Source: Candidatus Kaiserbacteria bacterium (GTDB lineage Bacteria; Patescibacteriota; Minisyncoccia; Phycocordibacterales; JABAAK01). Taken from it: a stretch of DNA of 64,000 nt. Positions 20,813 to 30,732 of this stretch are shown here, one piece after another. The stretch spans positions 16,889 through 80,888 of the forward strand of contig JAPOOC010000008.1 of the NCBI GenBank assembly GCA_026713605.1. Reading direction: 5' to 3'. Made by a program: the position numbers and the translations under genes. Within the stretch, counting starts at the first letter, position 1. Each line of letters begins with the position of its first letter. A model generated the notes under the pieces. It was given only the letters and a program-made list of their open reading frames with translations, searched no databases and had not been told where the DNA came from.

Positions 20813-20986
20813 ATGCTACAGTATTTTGCCGGTGCTGCCGGAGAGTTCAAGCAAATTCGCTGGTTGTCCACAAAAAGAGCGCTTCTGTTTTCTGTCATCG
20901 TGGTTGTTACCTCATTTGTGGCTGGATTTGCGCTTGGTGCGGTAGATAGTTTATTTGCCACACTACTCAAGAGTATTGTTATATAA
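20813..20986 (+). CDS. secE: preprotein translocase subunit SecE
   Basis: 57 aa (not in the ORF track). EFKQIRWLSTKRALLFSVIVVV single TM. Immediately upstream of nusG. Confidence 0.7.
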   Translation: MLQYFAGAAGEFKQIRWLSTKRALLFSVIVVVTSFVAGFALGAVDSLFATLLKSIVI

Positions 20987-20999
20987 CGCAGAATATACT

Positions 21000-21545
21000 A
21001 TGGAAGAAATACAGGAAGAAAAACAGGCGAAATGGTATGTGGTGAAGGTCCACTCAGGTTTTGAGCAGGTGGTGAAGATGAGTGTCATGCAGACCATAGA
21101 ATCACTTGGTCTGGAGGATAAGATATTTGAGGTGGTAATACCGACTGAAAAACAGATACGGATTAAAGGTGGTAGGCGGACTGAGAAAGAAGAGCGAATA
21201 TACCCGGGCTATATTTTGGTACATATGATTATTGATGATCAAACTTGGTATGCCATTAACAATATTGAGTACTCTTCAGGATTTCTCGGTTCTCGGACCC
21301 ATGCAGAATCACTCTCGCAGGAGGAGGTTGATGTGATCAAAGAGCGAATGCGTGGTGATACGGTGAAGCACGATACTGACCTCAAAGTGGGTGATTCGGT
21401 TAAGATTATTGATGGTCCGTTTTCTGACTTAGATGGTAAAATTAGCGAGGTGGATGTTGATAGAGGGCAGGCAACCGTACTCATCCCCATGTTTGGTAGG
21501 GAAACACCAGTTAAATTGGACCTTTTCCAAATCCGCAGTGTGTAG
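21000..21545 (+). CDS. nusG: transcription termination/antitermination factor NusG
   Basis: KWYVVKVHSGFE NGN domain and C-terminal KOW (VGDSVKIIDGPF). Confidence 0.85.
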   Translation: MEEIQEEKQAKWYVVKVHSGFEQVVKMSVMQTIESLGLEDKIFEVVIPTEKQIRIKGGRRTEKEERIYPGYILVHMIIDDQTWYAINNIEYSSGFLGSRTHAESLSQEEVDVIKERMRGDTVKHDTDLKVGDSVKIIDGPFSDLDGKISEVDVDRGQATVLIPMFGRETPVKLDLFQIRSV

Positions 21546-21560
21546 TACACTATACGCATT

Positions 21561-21986
21561 ATGGCAAAACCAGTAAAACAAGTTATCAAGTTACAAATAC
21601 AGGCAGGTAAGGCAACGCCTGCGCCACCTATTGGTACGGTACTTGGTCCAGCCGGGATTAATATCGGCGATTTCTGTTCACAGTTTAATGAGCAGTCAAA
21701 GGAGCGGGCTGGAGAGGTTGTGCCGGTGATATTGACGATATATGAAGATAGAACATTCAGTTTTGTGATGAAAACGCCTCCGGCATCATTCCTACTCCGT
21801 CAGGCAGCAGGTGTTGACAAAGGGTCAGGCAAAAATCTTTTGAAGAAGGCGGGGAAAGTTACGGTGGCGGCTGTTCGAGAAATAGCTGAGCGAAAAATGG
21901 AAGACCTAAATGCTCGAGATGTGGAGGCGGCAATGGAAATTGTAAAAGGGACAGCGCGGTCTATGGGTATAGAGGTGGGAAGATAA
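21561..21986 (+). CDS. rplK: 50S ribosomal protein L11
   Basis: [30 protein letters not shown]. Confidence 0.9.
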   Translation: MAKPVKQVIKLQIQAGKATPAPPIGTVLGPAGINIGDFCSQFNEQSKERAGEVVPVILTIYEDRTFSFVMKTPPASFLLRQAAGVDKGSGKNLLKKAGKVTVAAVREIAERKMEDLNARDVEAAMEIVKGTARSMGIEVGR

Positions 21987-22169
21987 TATGTCGTATCTTT
22001 TTCTGGGTATGTTTTTTACTACCCATAAGATGTGATGAGTAGGATGGTTTTTCTGCAAGAGGTTTCTGTGTGGGGGTAGTCAATTTTTATGGGCAGGGAT
22101 GTTGTACATCTCTACCCATTTTTGTTTGTGGTATAGTGGAAATGGTGGGTAATGGATATATAGTTTACT

Positions 22170-22733
22170 ATGAATACAGTGTACATAATCGGTGGGATAC
22201 TACTATTTGTAATTCTTTTCGTTGTGCTGTTGTACAACGGGTTGGTGCGTATGCGCAATCGCAGGGAGGAGGCGTGGTCTGATATTGCTGTGCAGTTAAA
22301 GCGGCGGTACGATTTAATACCGAATTTGGTGAGTACTGTTAAGGGGTATGCCAAGCATGAGCAGGAAACATTGGCCAAGGTGACAGAGATGCGTACCCGT
22401 GCACTTACGGCGGATGGGGTGAAAGAAAAAGGGGAGGCGGAGAATATGTTGAGTGATGCGTTGAAAACGATTTTTGCTGTTGCGGAAAACTATCCTGATT
22501 TAAAGGCGAGTGAAAATTTTGTTGAACTGCAGCGAGAGCTGAGTGATACTGAGAATAAAATTCAATCTGCTCGGCGTTTCTATAACAACACTGTGCAGGA
22601 TTTAAACACGGCGGTGCAGGTGTTCCCGAAGAATATCATCGCACATATATTTGGTTTTGAGGAGGAGGATTTTTTTGAACTGAGTGATGAGGAGAAAGAA
22701 AAGGCGGCTGACCCGGTTGCCGTGCAATTTTAA
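22170..22733 (+). CDS. lemA: LemA family protein
   Basis: N-terminal TM, then LYNGLVRMRN...AW.DI.VQLKRRYDLIPNLV signature. Confidence 0.75.
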   Translation: MNTVYIIGGILLFVILFVVLLYNGLVRMRNRREEAWSDIAVQLKRRYDLIPNLVSTVKGYAKHEQETLAKVTEMRTRALTADGVKEKGEAENMLSDALKTIFAVAENYPDLKASENFVELQRELSDTENKIQSARRFYNNTVQDLNTAVQVFPKNIIAHIFGFEEEDFFELSDEEKEKAADPVAVQF

Positions 22734-22748
22734 TACGAAACGCACGAT

Positions 22749-23687
22749 ATGGCTTCGTTATACGCAGAACAAGGAAAGAGTGTTCGGCAGACATTTTTCT
22801 TAATGTCATTGTTTTTGGTGTTTGTTATCGGCACTGGCTGGCTGGCATCTTATTATTTTCAATCCCCAAGCATTTTATATATCGTTACACTCATAGCGAT
22901 ACTGATCAATGTCTTTGCTTACTGGAATTCTGACAAAATCGCTGTTCGACTGACTCGTGCGCGTGCGATTACCAGAGAGGAACACTTTGCCTACTGGAAT
23001 ATGGTGGAAAATCTCTGTATCAGTATTGGCGCACCAATGCCGAAATTGTATGTCATCAGTGACCCCTCCCCCAACGCGTTTGCCACTGGGCGTAGCCCGA
23101 AACACTCAGCTATTGTCGTAACAACAGGGTTGTTGGAAGTGATGGATAAGGCAGAGTTGGAGGGAGTGTTAGCGCATGAACTTGCGCACATACAGAACCG
23201 AGACACCCTCCTGATGACTTCAGTGGTGGTGTTGTTCGGTTTTGTGGTAATGCTACTTGATGTGTTGTTGCATTTCACGGCATTTGGTGGCGGTGACGAT
23301 GATGAGGGTGGCAGTCCGCTGATGCTTATTATCGTTGTTGTCGCATACCTTGTGATGCCGTTGTTGTTGACGATAATCCGCCTCGCAGTTTCACGCAAGC
23401 GGGAATTTCTTGCTGATGCGACTGCCGGGGTCTACACCCGACACCCTGAGGGGCTTGCCTCAGCGTTGGAAAAGATTGGTGGCATACATCAGCCAATGCG
23501 GCATAGTAGTTCCGCAACGGCGCATCTTTTTATCTCTGATCCGTTTGCGTCGTATGCGAACAGCCCAAACGATGCGCATATGCATCGTCGTGGTGGCAGG
23601 CGGCAACTCGGAGGAAGGTTTGCTCGCCTTTTTGCTACCCACCCACCGATACCGGAGCGGGTGCAGGCATTGCGTGGGAAACAATAA
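22749..23687 (+). CDS. htpX: M48-family zinc metalloprotease (HtpX-like)
   Basis: HELAHIQNRD zinc motif, multiple TM helices. Confidence 0.75.
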   Translation: MASLYAEQGKSVRQTFFLMSLFLVFVIGTGWLASYYFQSPSILYIVTLIAILINVFAYWNSDKIAVRLTRARAITREEHFAYWNMVENLCISIGAPMPKLYVISDPSPNAFATGRSPKHSAIVVTTGLLEVMDKAELEGVLAHELAHIQNRDTLLMTSVVVLFGFVVMLLDVLLHFTAFGGGDDDEGGSPLMLIIVVVAYLVMPLLLTIIRLAVSRKREFLADATAGVYTRHPEGLASALEKIGGIHQPMRHSSSATAHLFISDPFASYANSPNDAHMHRRGGRRQLGGRFARLFATHPPIPERVQALRGKQ

Positions 23688-23719
23688 CCGCTTTGTTCGT
23701 GTGGTATACATGGAGTGTG

Positions 23720-23791
23720 GGGTCTATAGTTTAATTGGTAAAACAGCGGTTTCCAAAACCGCCGTTTCAGGTTCAAGTCCTGATGGACCCG
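23720..23791 (+). tRNA. tRNA-Trp (anticodon CCA)
   Basis: Manual fold: acceptor gggtcta/tggaccc, anticodon stem gcggt/accgc, loop ttCCAaa, T-loop ttcaagt. Confidence 0.8.
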
Positions 23792-23834
23792 CTCAGTTGT
23801 GTAGCCGTGTTTTTCCCGGTATTGTTTTGGTGAA

Positions 23835-24740
23835 TTACTGCTTGTATAGCAAGTCAAGGTTGCGATAGAGTTGATGCATCTGGTGCTCTTGGTACCAATT
23901 GGTTTCGGGATAGCGGCGGAGCCAGCTTTCTTGTCGCTTGGCGTAAGCGAAAATAGCACTTAACAGGTTTGCCTTCGTCTCTTCGGGTAAAATGTGTTGG
24001 GTGAGCATGGCGGTAATATGTCTGCACTCCAATCCCATGCGATCAAACCATGTTGCGTCAATGCCTTGCTCAAGCAGTGTTTTGATTTCCTCAGTCATTG
24101 CATCAAATCGGTCATCCAGTCGTTTTGCTATGCGCTCTCTGATGTGGGGTCTGCTGTGTTTTATACCGATCATCACATACTCATACCGCCTTACTCGTTG
24201 CTGCATTGGGAATATGCCGAGTTCTCGTATAACCTCTAATGCGCGGATAAGGCGGCGAGGGTTTTGTATATCTATTCTGTCATAGGCGTTGCCATCCTTT
24301 TTTTTGAGTTCTTGTTGCAGTTCCGCTATATCTTTTTGCTCCATGGTCTTTCTATAGGCAGGGTTTGCCGGCACTTTTGCGGTTGTGCCGGTGAAGAGTA
24401 GGGCATCAATGTAGAAGCCGGATCCGCCAGCGACAATTGGCAACGCATTGCGATGGTATACCGCCTCTATGTGTGGTATTGCCTCGTCAGCAAATTGGTG
24501 TGCGCTGTACTCCTCGCCAGGATTGACAATGTCTAGCATGTGGTGGGGAACACCGCGCATTTCCTGTTTTGTTATTTTGCCGGTTGTTGCGTCCAAGGAG
24601 CGATATATTTGTCGTGAATCAGCGGATATAACTTCACCGCTATAGCGCAGCGCCACATCAACTGCTAAATCACTCTTTCCGCTGGCGGTTGTGCCGACAA
24701 TAACAAGCAGTGGCGGGCGGGTGTGTTGTACGGTGCCGAA
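23835..24740 (-). CDS. miaA: tRNA dimethylallyltransferase (start uncertain, possibly non-ATG)
   Basis: LLVIVGTTASGKS P-loop and DSRQIYR motif. The upstream ATG extension overlaps tRNA-Leu sequences on the same strand, so the true start is likely a rare codon near 24715-24740. Confidence 0.75.
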   Translation of the reverse strand, partial: FGTVQHTRPPLLVIVGTTASGKSDLAVDVALRYSGEVISADSRQIYRSLDATTGKITKQEMRGVPHHMLDIVNPGEEYSAHQFADEAIPHIEAVYHRNALPIVAGGSGFYIDALLFTGTTAKVPANPAYRKTMEQKDIAELQQELKKKDGNAYDRIDIQNPRRLIRALEVIRELGIFPMQQRVRRYEYVMIGIKHSRPHIRERIAKRLDDRFDAMTEEIKTLLEQGIDATWFDRMGLECRHITAMLTQHILPEETKANLLSAIFAYAKRQESWLRRYPETNWYQEHQMHQLYRNLDLLYKQ

Positions 24741-24815
24741 GGAGGGGTTTGAATCCCTACTCCCGAAGGGATGTGATTTTGAGTCGCGCGCGTCTGTCCG
24801 TGCCGGCAATCTCTG
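24732..24815 (-). pseudogene. degenerate partial copy of tRNA-Leu (3' two-thirds; anticodon stem disrupted)
   Basis: ~60 nt near-identical to the T-arm, variable arm and anticodon loop of the adjacent tRNA-Leu(CAA). The anticodon stem (tcaca vs tcgcg) and the acceptor 5' strand do not pair. Confidence 0.5.
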
Positions 24816-24858
24816 ATTGACGCTGGTTGTTAGGCGCCACTGTGGCGGAATTATCATA

Positions 24859-24942
24859 GGTGCCGAAGGAGGGACTTGAACCCTCACTCCCGAAGGAACG
24901 CGATTTTGAGTCGCGCGCGTCTGCCAATTCCGCCACTTCGGC
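24859..24942 (-). tRNA. tRNA-Leu (anticodon CAA), type II with long variable arm
   Basis: Acceptor gccgaag/cttcggc, anticodon stem cgcga/tcgcg, loop ctCAAaa, long variable arm, T-loop ttcaagt. Confidence 0.8.
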
Positions 24943-25025
24943 TTACCAAAATTGTACCATTTTTTACTGCACGCAACATAATTTTCTGCTATACTATAGG
25001 TATTACAAAATAGAAAATATATTTT

Positions 25026-25271
25026 ATGGACAAAAAAATAGAAATTTACAGTTCACCGACCTGTCATCACTGTATTAATTTAAAAAAGTTTTTGGACGAG
25101 AAAGGGGTGCAGTATACCGAGTATGATGTTACTGTTGACGAGGAGAAGCGAAAAGAGTTGGTTGATCGCAGTCAGCAGGTTGGTGTGCCGGTGATGTTTA
25201 TTGACGACACTGAAATGATAGATGGTTTTGATAAGGAAAAAATCATTGCTTCACTTGGGTTGAGTGATTAA
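25026..25271 (+). CDS. glutaredoxin-like protein (CxxC thioredoxin fold, NrdH/YruB-like)
   Basis: IEIYSSPTCHHC...GVPVMFIDD, 81 aa. Confidence 0.7.
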   Translation: MDKKIEIYSSPTCHHCINLKKFLDEKGVQYTEYDVTVDEEKRKELVDRSQQVGVPVMFIDDTEMIDGFDKEKIIASLGLSD

Positions 25272-25345
25272 GGTTATTGGTTGCATAGCGGGGTAGCACT
25301 ACAGGCACTGTGTCGGTGCCTGTGATGGTATTATGGGTACGACTA

Positions 25346-25418
25346 CTCCCTGTAGTTTAACGGGATAGAACAGGTCCCTCCTAAGGACCAAATCCAGGTT
25401 CAAGTCCTGGCAGGGAGG
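25346..25418 (+). tRNA. tRNA-Arg (anticodon CCU)
   Basis: Acceptor ctccctg/cagggag (C1:G72), anticodon stem ggtcc/ggacc, loop ctCCTaa, T-loop ttcaagt. Confidence 0.7.
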
Positions 25419-25498
25419 CACAAGAATCTCTTTGTTGGATTTCTATACCCTGGTTTGGTATACTAAAGGCAGAAAAGCATACAAGGAGGTTTGCTAGC

Positions 25499-25825
25499 AT
25501 GACTGCAAAAACATTTTGCTTCTTTTTCGGTTGCTGTGCGTTGTTTTTGATGGGGTGTACTATTGAAATTTTTCAAGATGGCTCTGATCATCTGTGGGAA
25601 GAAGCGTATCGGCGTGGTGAGAATCATGTCTTTGTGGCGCGCGTTGGTTCTCATAATCAGCGAGTTGTTTGGGTATCTACCACTGGCTATCCACAGCATG
25701 TCGCTCGTGAGGCGGCACAGTGGCGCGGTCTCCAAATACTCGGGCGGGATGCATACGTTGTTGACACGGACACTGAATATCTGCACGGTTCCTATCGTGT
25801 TGATATATTGATGACCGCGCCATGA
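25499..25825 (+). CDS. lipoprotein (hypothetical)
   Basis: Signal peptide with lipobox LMGC. SD AAGGAGG upstream. Confidence 0.5.
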   Translation: MTAKTFCFFFGCCALFLMGCTIEIFQDGSDHLWEEAYRRGENHVFVARVGSHNQRVVWVSTTGYPQHVAREAAQWRGLQILGRDAYVVDTDTEYLHGSYRVDILMTAP

Positions 25826-25899
25826 TACGCATTGGGAGGGTGCCGGTAACGGCACCCTCGTCTTCTTTTTTGGTACTCCATGCTATACTAAAAATAATG

Positions 25900-26265
25900 A
25901 AAAAAGAGAGTACCACTGGCAGAAATTTTTTAGAACGGAATCGGCAGGAGAGGCAGTTGGATGACCTGTTGCGGGTTACAAAGGATACGAACAAGATGTT
26001 GCGAGGTGAGCGAAATGCGCGTAAGATAAAAATGATAGTGGTGTTGCTCGTTGTGCTTTCGCTTGCGGGGTATGGTTATTACCTCTTTGAAAAACATAAG
26101 ATTAAAATCATCGAGTTTCAGCAGCGAGTTGAAGAATTGCAGCAACATCTGCGCGAAGCCGGTGCGTTGGCGGGGAAGGTGGGAGATACAGCGGATTCTA
26201 TTCGTGGCATCTTTGAAGGACTTGAATCTGATACCGACACCGCCAAGCCGGAAACGGTGGAATAA
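25900..26265 (+). CDS. membrane-anchored coiled-coil protein (hypothetical)
   Basis: Single TM helix (IVVLLVVLSLAGYGYYLF) followed by a coiled-coil-like region. Confidence 0.4.
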   Translation, partial: KKESTTGRNFLERNRQERQLDDLLRVTKDTNKMLRGERNARKIKMIVVLLVVLSLAGYGYYLFEKHKIKIIEFQQRVEELQQHLREAGALAGKVGDTADSIRGIFEGLESDTDTAKPETVE

Positions 26266-26309
26266 TTCCATGGTGTAGCATTTTTTGTATTGTGTATACT
26301 AATAGTATC

Positions 26310-26383
26310 GCTGAGGTAGCTCAGTCGGCTAGAGCACTCGCCTGAAGAGCGAGGTGTCGTGGGTTCGAGTCCCACCCTCAGCA
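26310..26383 (+). tRNA. tRNA-Phe (anticodon GAA)
   Basis: gctgagg/cctcagc acceptor, loop ctGAAga, T-loop ttcgagt. Confidence 0.85.
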
Positions 26384-26507
26384 CAGGTCATTGGGAGGTG
26401 GTCAAGTAGAAGTTGTTTTGTTTCCACGATATGTCTTCTACATATAGTACTTATTGGCTGTTGTGATTTTGGTGGGTGGGCATACGAATGGTGTACAATC
26501 ATACTGT

Positions 26508-27554
26508 ATGCCTGATGATTCAAAAGTGTCTCGCTCTATAGAGGATGAGATGGTGGATGGGATAAAAAACAGCATCGTAACGCCTGCCGAGACATTCTTT
26601 TTCGCCTTGTTCGTGTTTGGCGTGCTTTCACTTGCAGCAACCACCTTGGTTGGTACTTGCGGTAATGTGGACGATTTTGAGAAAGAGGTGACGGAGCGTA
26701 GTGTTGAGCCGATTGTTGGTGCGACTGCAGTGTTGACACAATCCATCGTGCTTGAAGATACCGTTGTCGGAGCAGGGACTTGTGTCATTATTGAGCGAAT
26801 TGAAGAAGAGGAGGGAAGTGTTTACATTCATACGCTCGCAAAGGCGCAACCATTTTTCACTGGTGATCCGGAAACATACAGGCCGTTGGCGCCGTTTGAA
26901 AACTTCTTTGGAGCGCCGGTTTCTACCATTTTATTTCTTCACAAAGGAACCCCGGAAGGCGAGGTTTCACAGAGCCAGGTTTCTGTCGTGGAAACACAGA
27001 CCTATACCAGTTGGTTCCGTAATTTCTACTTGAATACTATTTACATCGTTATGGCGGTATTGGGTGTGTTGTTGGCGCTTTTGGTGTATATCGGGGCAAA
27101 ATTTGAGAAAAAACGCAAGGTGTGGTACAAGCGACATACTCTTCGCGCAACCTATGTATCCCGCATGATGCAAGATAAAGAAAAGATGCGAAAATTGCAG
27201 GATAATTGGGGGATGGTTGCTGATGTGGTGGAAGCAGAGGACTCTGAAAAATGGAAGGAGACACTGGTGCTCTTGCAGGAAACTCTCGATGGCGCGCTCA
27301 CTTTGTTACGCTTTGAGGGAGAAAGTTTGACGGAGAAGTTGCAAGAAATGAAAGAGGAGGATTTGTGGTGTATTGAAAAATTGTGGGAGGCGAATAGTTT
27401 GATTTTGCGAACACAGGGGCAAGTGGAAGAGGGTGAGCCGGTGCCGCCAATCACAGAGAAAGTAATGAAAAAGGTGGTTGCTATTCACTTGACCTCGTTT
27501 GTTTGGCTCGGACTATTGCCACACCACCTTGATGCGCCGCATTGGGTTCCATAA
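26508..27554 (+). CDS. membrane protein with C-terminal coiled-coil region (hypothetical)
   Basis: N-terminal TM anchor, internal TM (IYIVMAVLGVLLALLVYI). Start uncertain. Confidence 0.4.
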   Translation: MPDDSKVSRSIEDEMVDGIKNSIVTPAETFFFALFVFGVLSLAATTLVGTCGNVDDFEKEVTERSVEPIVGATAVLTQSIVLEDTVVGAGTCVIIERIEEEEGSVYIHTLAKAQPFFTGDPETYRPLAPFENFFGAPVSTILFLHKGTPEGEVSQSQVSVVETQTYTSWFRNFYLNTIYIVMAVLGVLLALLVYIGAKFEKKRKVWYKRHTLRATYVSRMMQDKEKMRKLQDNWGMVADVVEAEDSEKWKETLVLLQETLDGALTLLRFEGESLTEKLQEMKEEDLWCIEKLWEANSLILRTQGQVEEGEPVPPITEKVMKKVVAIHLTSFVWLGLLPHHLDAPHWVP

Positions 27555-27711
27555 ACTTAATACACATAGTCCGCTTGCAAATATGGTAGGGAGACCGTAT
27601 ACTGTACAGTAAGTCGTAAGGGACAAAACTATGAAACAGTACATAAAAACACAAACACGAATAGGTATGTGGTGTGTGTAGCAAACTAACCCTGCGACTC
27701 TTTAGTAGTGC

Positions 27712-27787
27712 AGCGGGGTAGAGCAGTCAGGTGGCTCGCCAGGCTCATAACCTGGAGGTCGTTGGTTCAAATCCAACCCCCGCTACC
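27712..27787 (+). tRNA. tRNA-Met (anticodon CAU; elongator Met or Ile2-lysidine type), CCA encoded
   Basis: Acceptor agcgggg/ccccgct, anticodon stem ccagg/cctgg, loop ctCATaa, T-loop ttcaaat, 3' CCA present. Confidence 0.7.
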
Positions 27788-27880
27788 AAATAGTATTTCA
27801 ATCTTGTATCGTTATATCATGCGGTAGGGTATATACAAACGCTCCGTTTGGCTGATTATATGAAAAATACAACATAAAAC

Positions 27881-28843
27881 ATGAAAATTGCATTTGTAGG
27901 AAAAGGCGGTTCGGGTAAAACAACCCTTGCATCAATATTGGCGCGACGCTTGTCAGCACGCAAGTTGCCAGTTCTTGCGATTGATGCCGACATCAATCAA
28001 CATCTTGGTGTATCACTCGGGCTTTCAGAGGAGGATGTTTCTCGTATTCCTGCAATGGGGTTGGAGGTGCATAGAATTAAAGAGTACCTCATTGGTTCCA
28101 ACGCCGCTATCGGCAGTGTTTCAGAGATGGTGAAGACAACTCCTCCGGGTACCGGCTCTCAACTCCTTACTGTTACTGAGGATAATACTTTGTACAGACA
28201 CTTTGTCAAGGAGGTTGATGGCATTCGCTTTATGGCGGTTGGTCCGTTTACAGAGGAAGATCTTGGTGTGAGATGTTACCATTCCAAGACCGGTTCGGTT
28301 GAGTTGGTGCTCAATCACCTGATTGATAAGGCATATGAGTATGTGCTTGTTGATATGACCGCCGGAGCGGATTCGTTTGCATCTGGTCTTTTTACCCGTT
28401 TTGATGTTACTTTTCTTGTTGTTGAACCAACAATGAAGTCCGTGCGCGTGTATGAGCAATACAAAAAATATGCGAAACAGTACGATGTTTGTGTTCGTGT
28501 TATTGGCAATAAGGTTGAGGATGAATCTGACAACACTTTCATTCGTGAGCATGTTAGAGGTGACCTTGCCGCAACTTTCTCACACTCTCGTTTTGTTCGT
28601 TCGATGGAAAAGGGGGTTATGCGTCCACTCTCTGACCTTGAGCCGGAAAATGTTGAGGCGCTTGAAAAAATTACTGCCGAAGCAGATCGCCAGCAAAAGG
28701 ATTGGGGTAAGTACTATGCACAAGCAGTTGAGTTTCATCGTAAAAATGCGGCGAGTTGGGCAAGTGCTGCAGTTGGTGTTGATGTTACCTTGCAAATTGA
28801 CCCCTCTTTTTCACTCAAAGATGTAGTAGCGTCACACAGCTAG
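27881..28843 (+). CDS. ParA/MinD/CooC-superfamily P-loop ATPase
   Basis: Deviant Walker A VGKGGSGKTT, 320 aa. Confidence 0.6.
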   Translation: MKIAFVGKGGSGKTTLASILARRLSARKLPVLAIDADINQHLGVSLGLSEEDVSRIPAMGLEVHRIKEYLIGSNAAIGSVSEMVKTTPPGTGSQLLTVTEDNTLYRHFVKEVDGIRFMAVGPFTEEDLGVRCYHSKTGSVELVLNHLIDKAYEYVLVDMTAGADSFASGLFTRFDVTFLVVEPTMKSVRVYEQYKKYAKQYDVCVRVIGNKVEDESDNTFIREHVRGDLAATFSHSRFVRSMEKGVMRPLSDLEPENVEALEKITAEADRQQKDWGKYYAQAVEFHRKNAASWASAAVGVDVTLQIDPSFSLKDVVASHS

Positions 28844-28955
28844 CCCACGGCTTGTGAGGATATGCTACAATAATTTGGCTGGCTACATAAAGAGAAGGAG
28901 GCCGGCAATAACAACTTTTTAAACTTTTTAATCAGAACAAAGAAAGGAGGACATT

Positions 28956-29345
28956 ATGTCCTACCCCTCGATTCACACCCAGTTGCAAAAGATGGGTGCA
29001 ACCCTGGAGAATGCAACTGATGATCAGATGCAATCTGCATTTGTTGAATCTTTCCAGGAAGATCTCCCTCTCGGCTTTGCCAAGGTGGAGGAATTAGTTT
29101 GCAAGTTTAATGGTAGTGGTAAAGATCGGGTCATGCTTTCGCTTGACCCGAAGTCACCCGAAGGGCAGCAGTATGCTCGGCTTCTCGGTCCTGATGTTCC
29201 CCGGCAAGTGCTGGAGCGTCACTTTGATGTGTCGTTTGGTTTCTACAATTGCTGCGGTGGTGTGGTGTCTGATGATAAGGCCAACCTCAGGATGACTATG
29301 CGCGAACAAATTGAGGTACAGCATCCAAATTTTGTTGACTGTTGA
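28956..29345 (+). CDS. hypothetical protein
   Basis: SD AGGAGG upstream. 129 aa. Followed by a strong terminator. Confidence 0.45.
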   Translation: MSYPSIHTQLQKMGATLENATDDQMQSAFVESFQEDLPLGFAKVEELVCKFNGSGKDRVMLSLDPKSPEGQQYARLLGPDVPRQVLERHFDVSFGFYNCCGGVVSDDKANLRMTMREQIEVQHPNFVDC

Positions 29346-29374
29346 GTTACCCTGTTGTTATCTTTTGCTACAAC

Positions 29375-29412
29375 ATACCCCGTTATCCATATGGATAACG
29401 GGGTTTTTTCGT
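29375..29412. terminator. bidirectional rho-independent terminator
   Basis: accccgttatccatatggataacggggttttttcg. Confidence 0.7.
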
Positions 29413-29439
29413 TGATTGGTGGTAGTGTGCAGTGCGGTG

Positions 29440-30732
29440 CTATGGTGACTGTTCTTCTTGTATAGTGGTGAGGAGTTTTTCAGCTCGGTTAATTCTGTTG
29501 CGAAATTCATCAAACCTTTCCGTCACTGCCTGTTCTTTTTCAAGGTCTCCAACACACTGGTTCAGTTGCTCTTCTTCTGCGGAGAAAGTTGCGAGTAGTA
29601 TGTCAGAAAGAGACACTTGTATACTATTGACAAAGTGTTTGAAAAGATATTCGTCAATTTTAGAGATTTCATCTATTGACGAATCCATTTTTTCAACCAA
29701 GGAAATGATGTCATCTTCAAAGAGTGATAGGTGCACAAGGGGTAAGTTTTCTAACGGAGATTCAGATGGGGAGAAAGAGCCGTCATCGTTTTTGATAAAG
29801 CCATACTCAAGTGTTACACCACTTTTTTTGTTTATTTCCATAACCTTGTACCATTTTTCCTCTGATGCAGGGTCGTAATCTTCTTGCATCTTTTTGGGGA
29901 GATTGCGTCGCTCTCGCAACCTTCCTTTGTTGGGGAGCACCTCATCAGTTTGCACAATTGCTTCACCGCTGTCTAAATCAAAGATGCCTCCGTCAAAGTG
30001 GTGGAGAAAGTCATCAAGCTTAGCTGTTCTAAAGGCACCAATTCTTTTCTTTCTTCCACACTTCACAAAGACGATAAACGCCATCATCTCAAGATACTCT
30101 GATTTTCTCTTAAAATATTCGGGTTGCTCTTTCAAATCTGTGTTCCCAAAATTATACTCCAATTCTTTTACGCGTTTTATATGCTTTTCAATTTTTTCTG
30201 GGTTGCGAAATGCCGTATACTTTGTCATATCAATCCTACCATCTTTATCCAGAAAGAATATTCCCTCTTCCTGCATTTTCTCAACTGCCTGTATGCACAG
30301 TGAGGTGAGTTTTTCATATGCCTCTTTTTCCGCTGGACTCACAAAAACCTCCGGTGCCTTTTCCTCAATCTCTCTTTGTGGCGTATCCTCCGCCTCCTCT
30401 GGGTGTACATCTGCGACACCTTCGTCTTCCTGCACAGTAGCGGTAGCACTTTTTTCCTTGCTATCAATAACTTTTTGGTTTGAAAGGTGTTCTTCCGGGC
30501 GATTTTCGCTCACTGTTTCGTTGTTTGTTTCTTGCGGTTGCACTGGATTGTTGTCACCATACTCTTCTTCAGCGGCGTGTTCTTCCGATGGTGTGAAGCC
30601 CTCCTTCCACGGAGATCCTTGTTTGACCCAACCTATCAAATCTCCCAAAGTTTTCTTCTTTGTTTCTTTCTCGGGGGAAGGGGTTACCTTTCTTTTTTTG
30701 TCGATACGGTTGAGAGAGTTTTTAAATATCAT
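29440..30732 (-). CDS. hypothetical protein, paralog A of an uncharacterised family (acidic, disordered N-terminus)
   Basis: 430 aa. C-terminal ~230 aa align to the downstream gene (IEKH...EY.K.SEYLE; DD..H..D..ID; EYGF...LENLPLVHLSL vs FYGV...IANIPLLYLAL). Confidence 0.55.
   Translation of the reverse strand: MIFKNSLNRIDKKRKVTPSPEKETKKKTLGDLIGWVKQGSPWKEGFTPSEEHAAEEEYGDNNPVQPQETNNETVSENRPEEHLSNQKVIDSKEKSATATVQEDEGVADVHPEEAEDTPQREIEEKAPEVFVSPAEKEAYEKLTSLCIQAVEKMQEEGIFFLDKDGRIDMTKYTAFRNPEKIEKHIKRVKELEYNFGNTDLKEQPEYFKRKSEYLEMMAFIVFVKCGRKKRIGAFRTAKLDDFLHHFDGGIFDLDSGEAIVQTDEVLPNKGRLRERRNLPKKMQEDYDPASEEKWYKVMEINKKSGVTLEYGFIKNDDGSFSPSESPLENLPLVHLSLFEDDIISLVEKMDSSIDEISKIDEYLFKHFVNSIQVSLSDILLATFSAEEEQLNQCVGDLEKEQAVTERFDEFRNRINRAEKLLTTIQEEQSP

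Noticed and set aside
23835-24887. Long ATG-initiated version of miaA (350 aa)
   Set aside because: The N-terminal 50 codons would overlap tRNA-Leu and its degenerate copy on the same strand. The conserved P-loop starts only after 24717.
25285-25343. Possible extra tRNA or terminator upstream of tRNA-Arg (hairpin acaggcac…gtgcctgt)
   Set aside because: No cloverleaf can be drawn. It is probably a transcript-end or processing hairpin for the glutaredoxin-like gene, but there is no T-tract, so it is not called as a terminator either.
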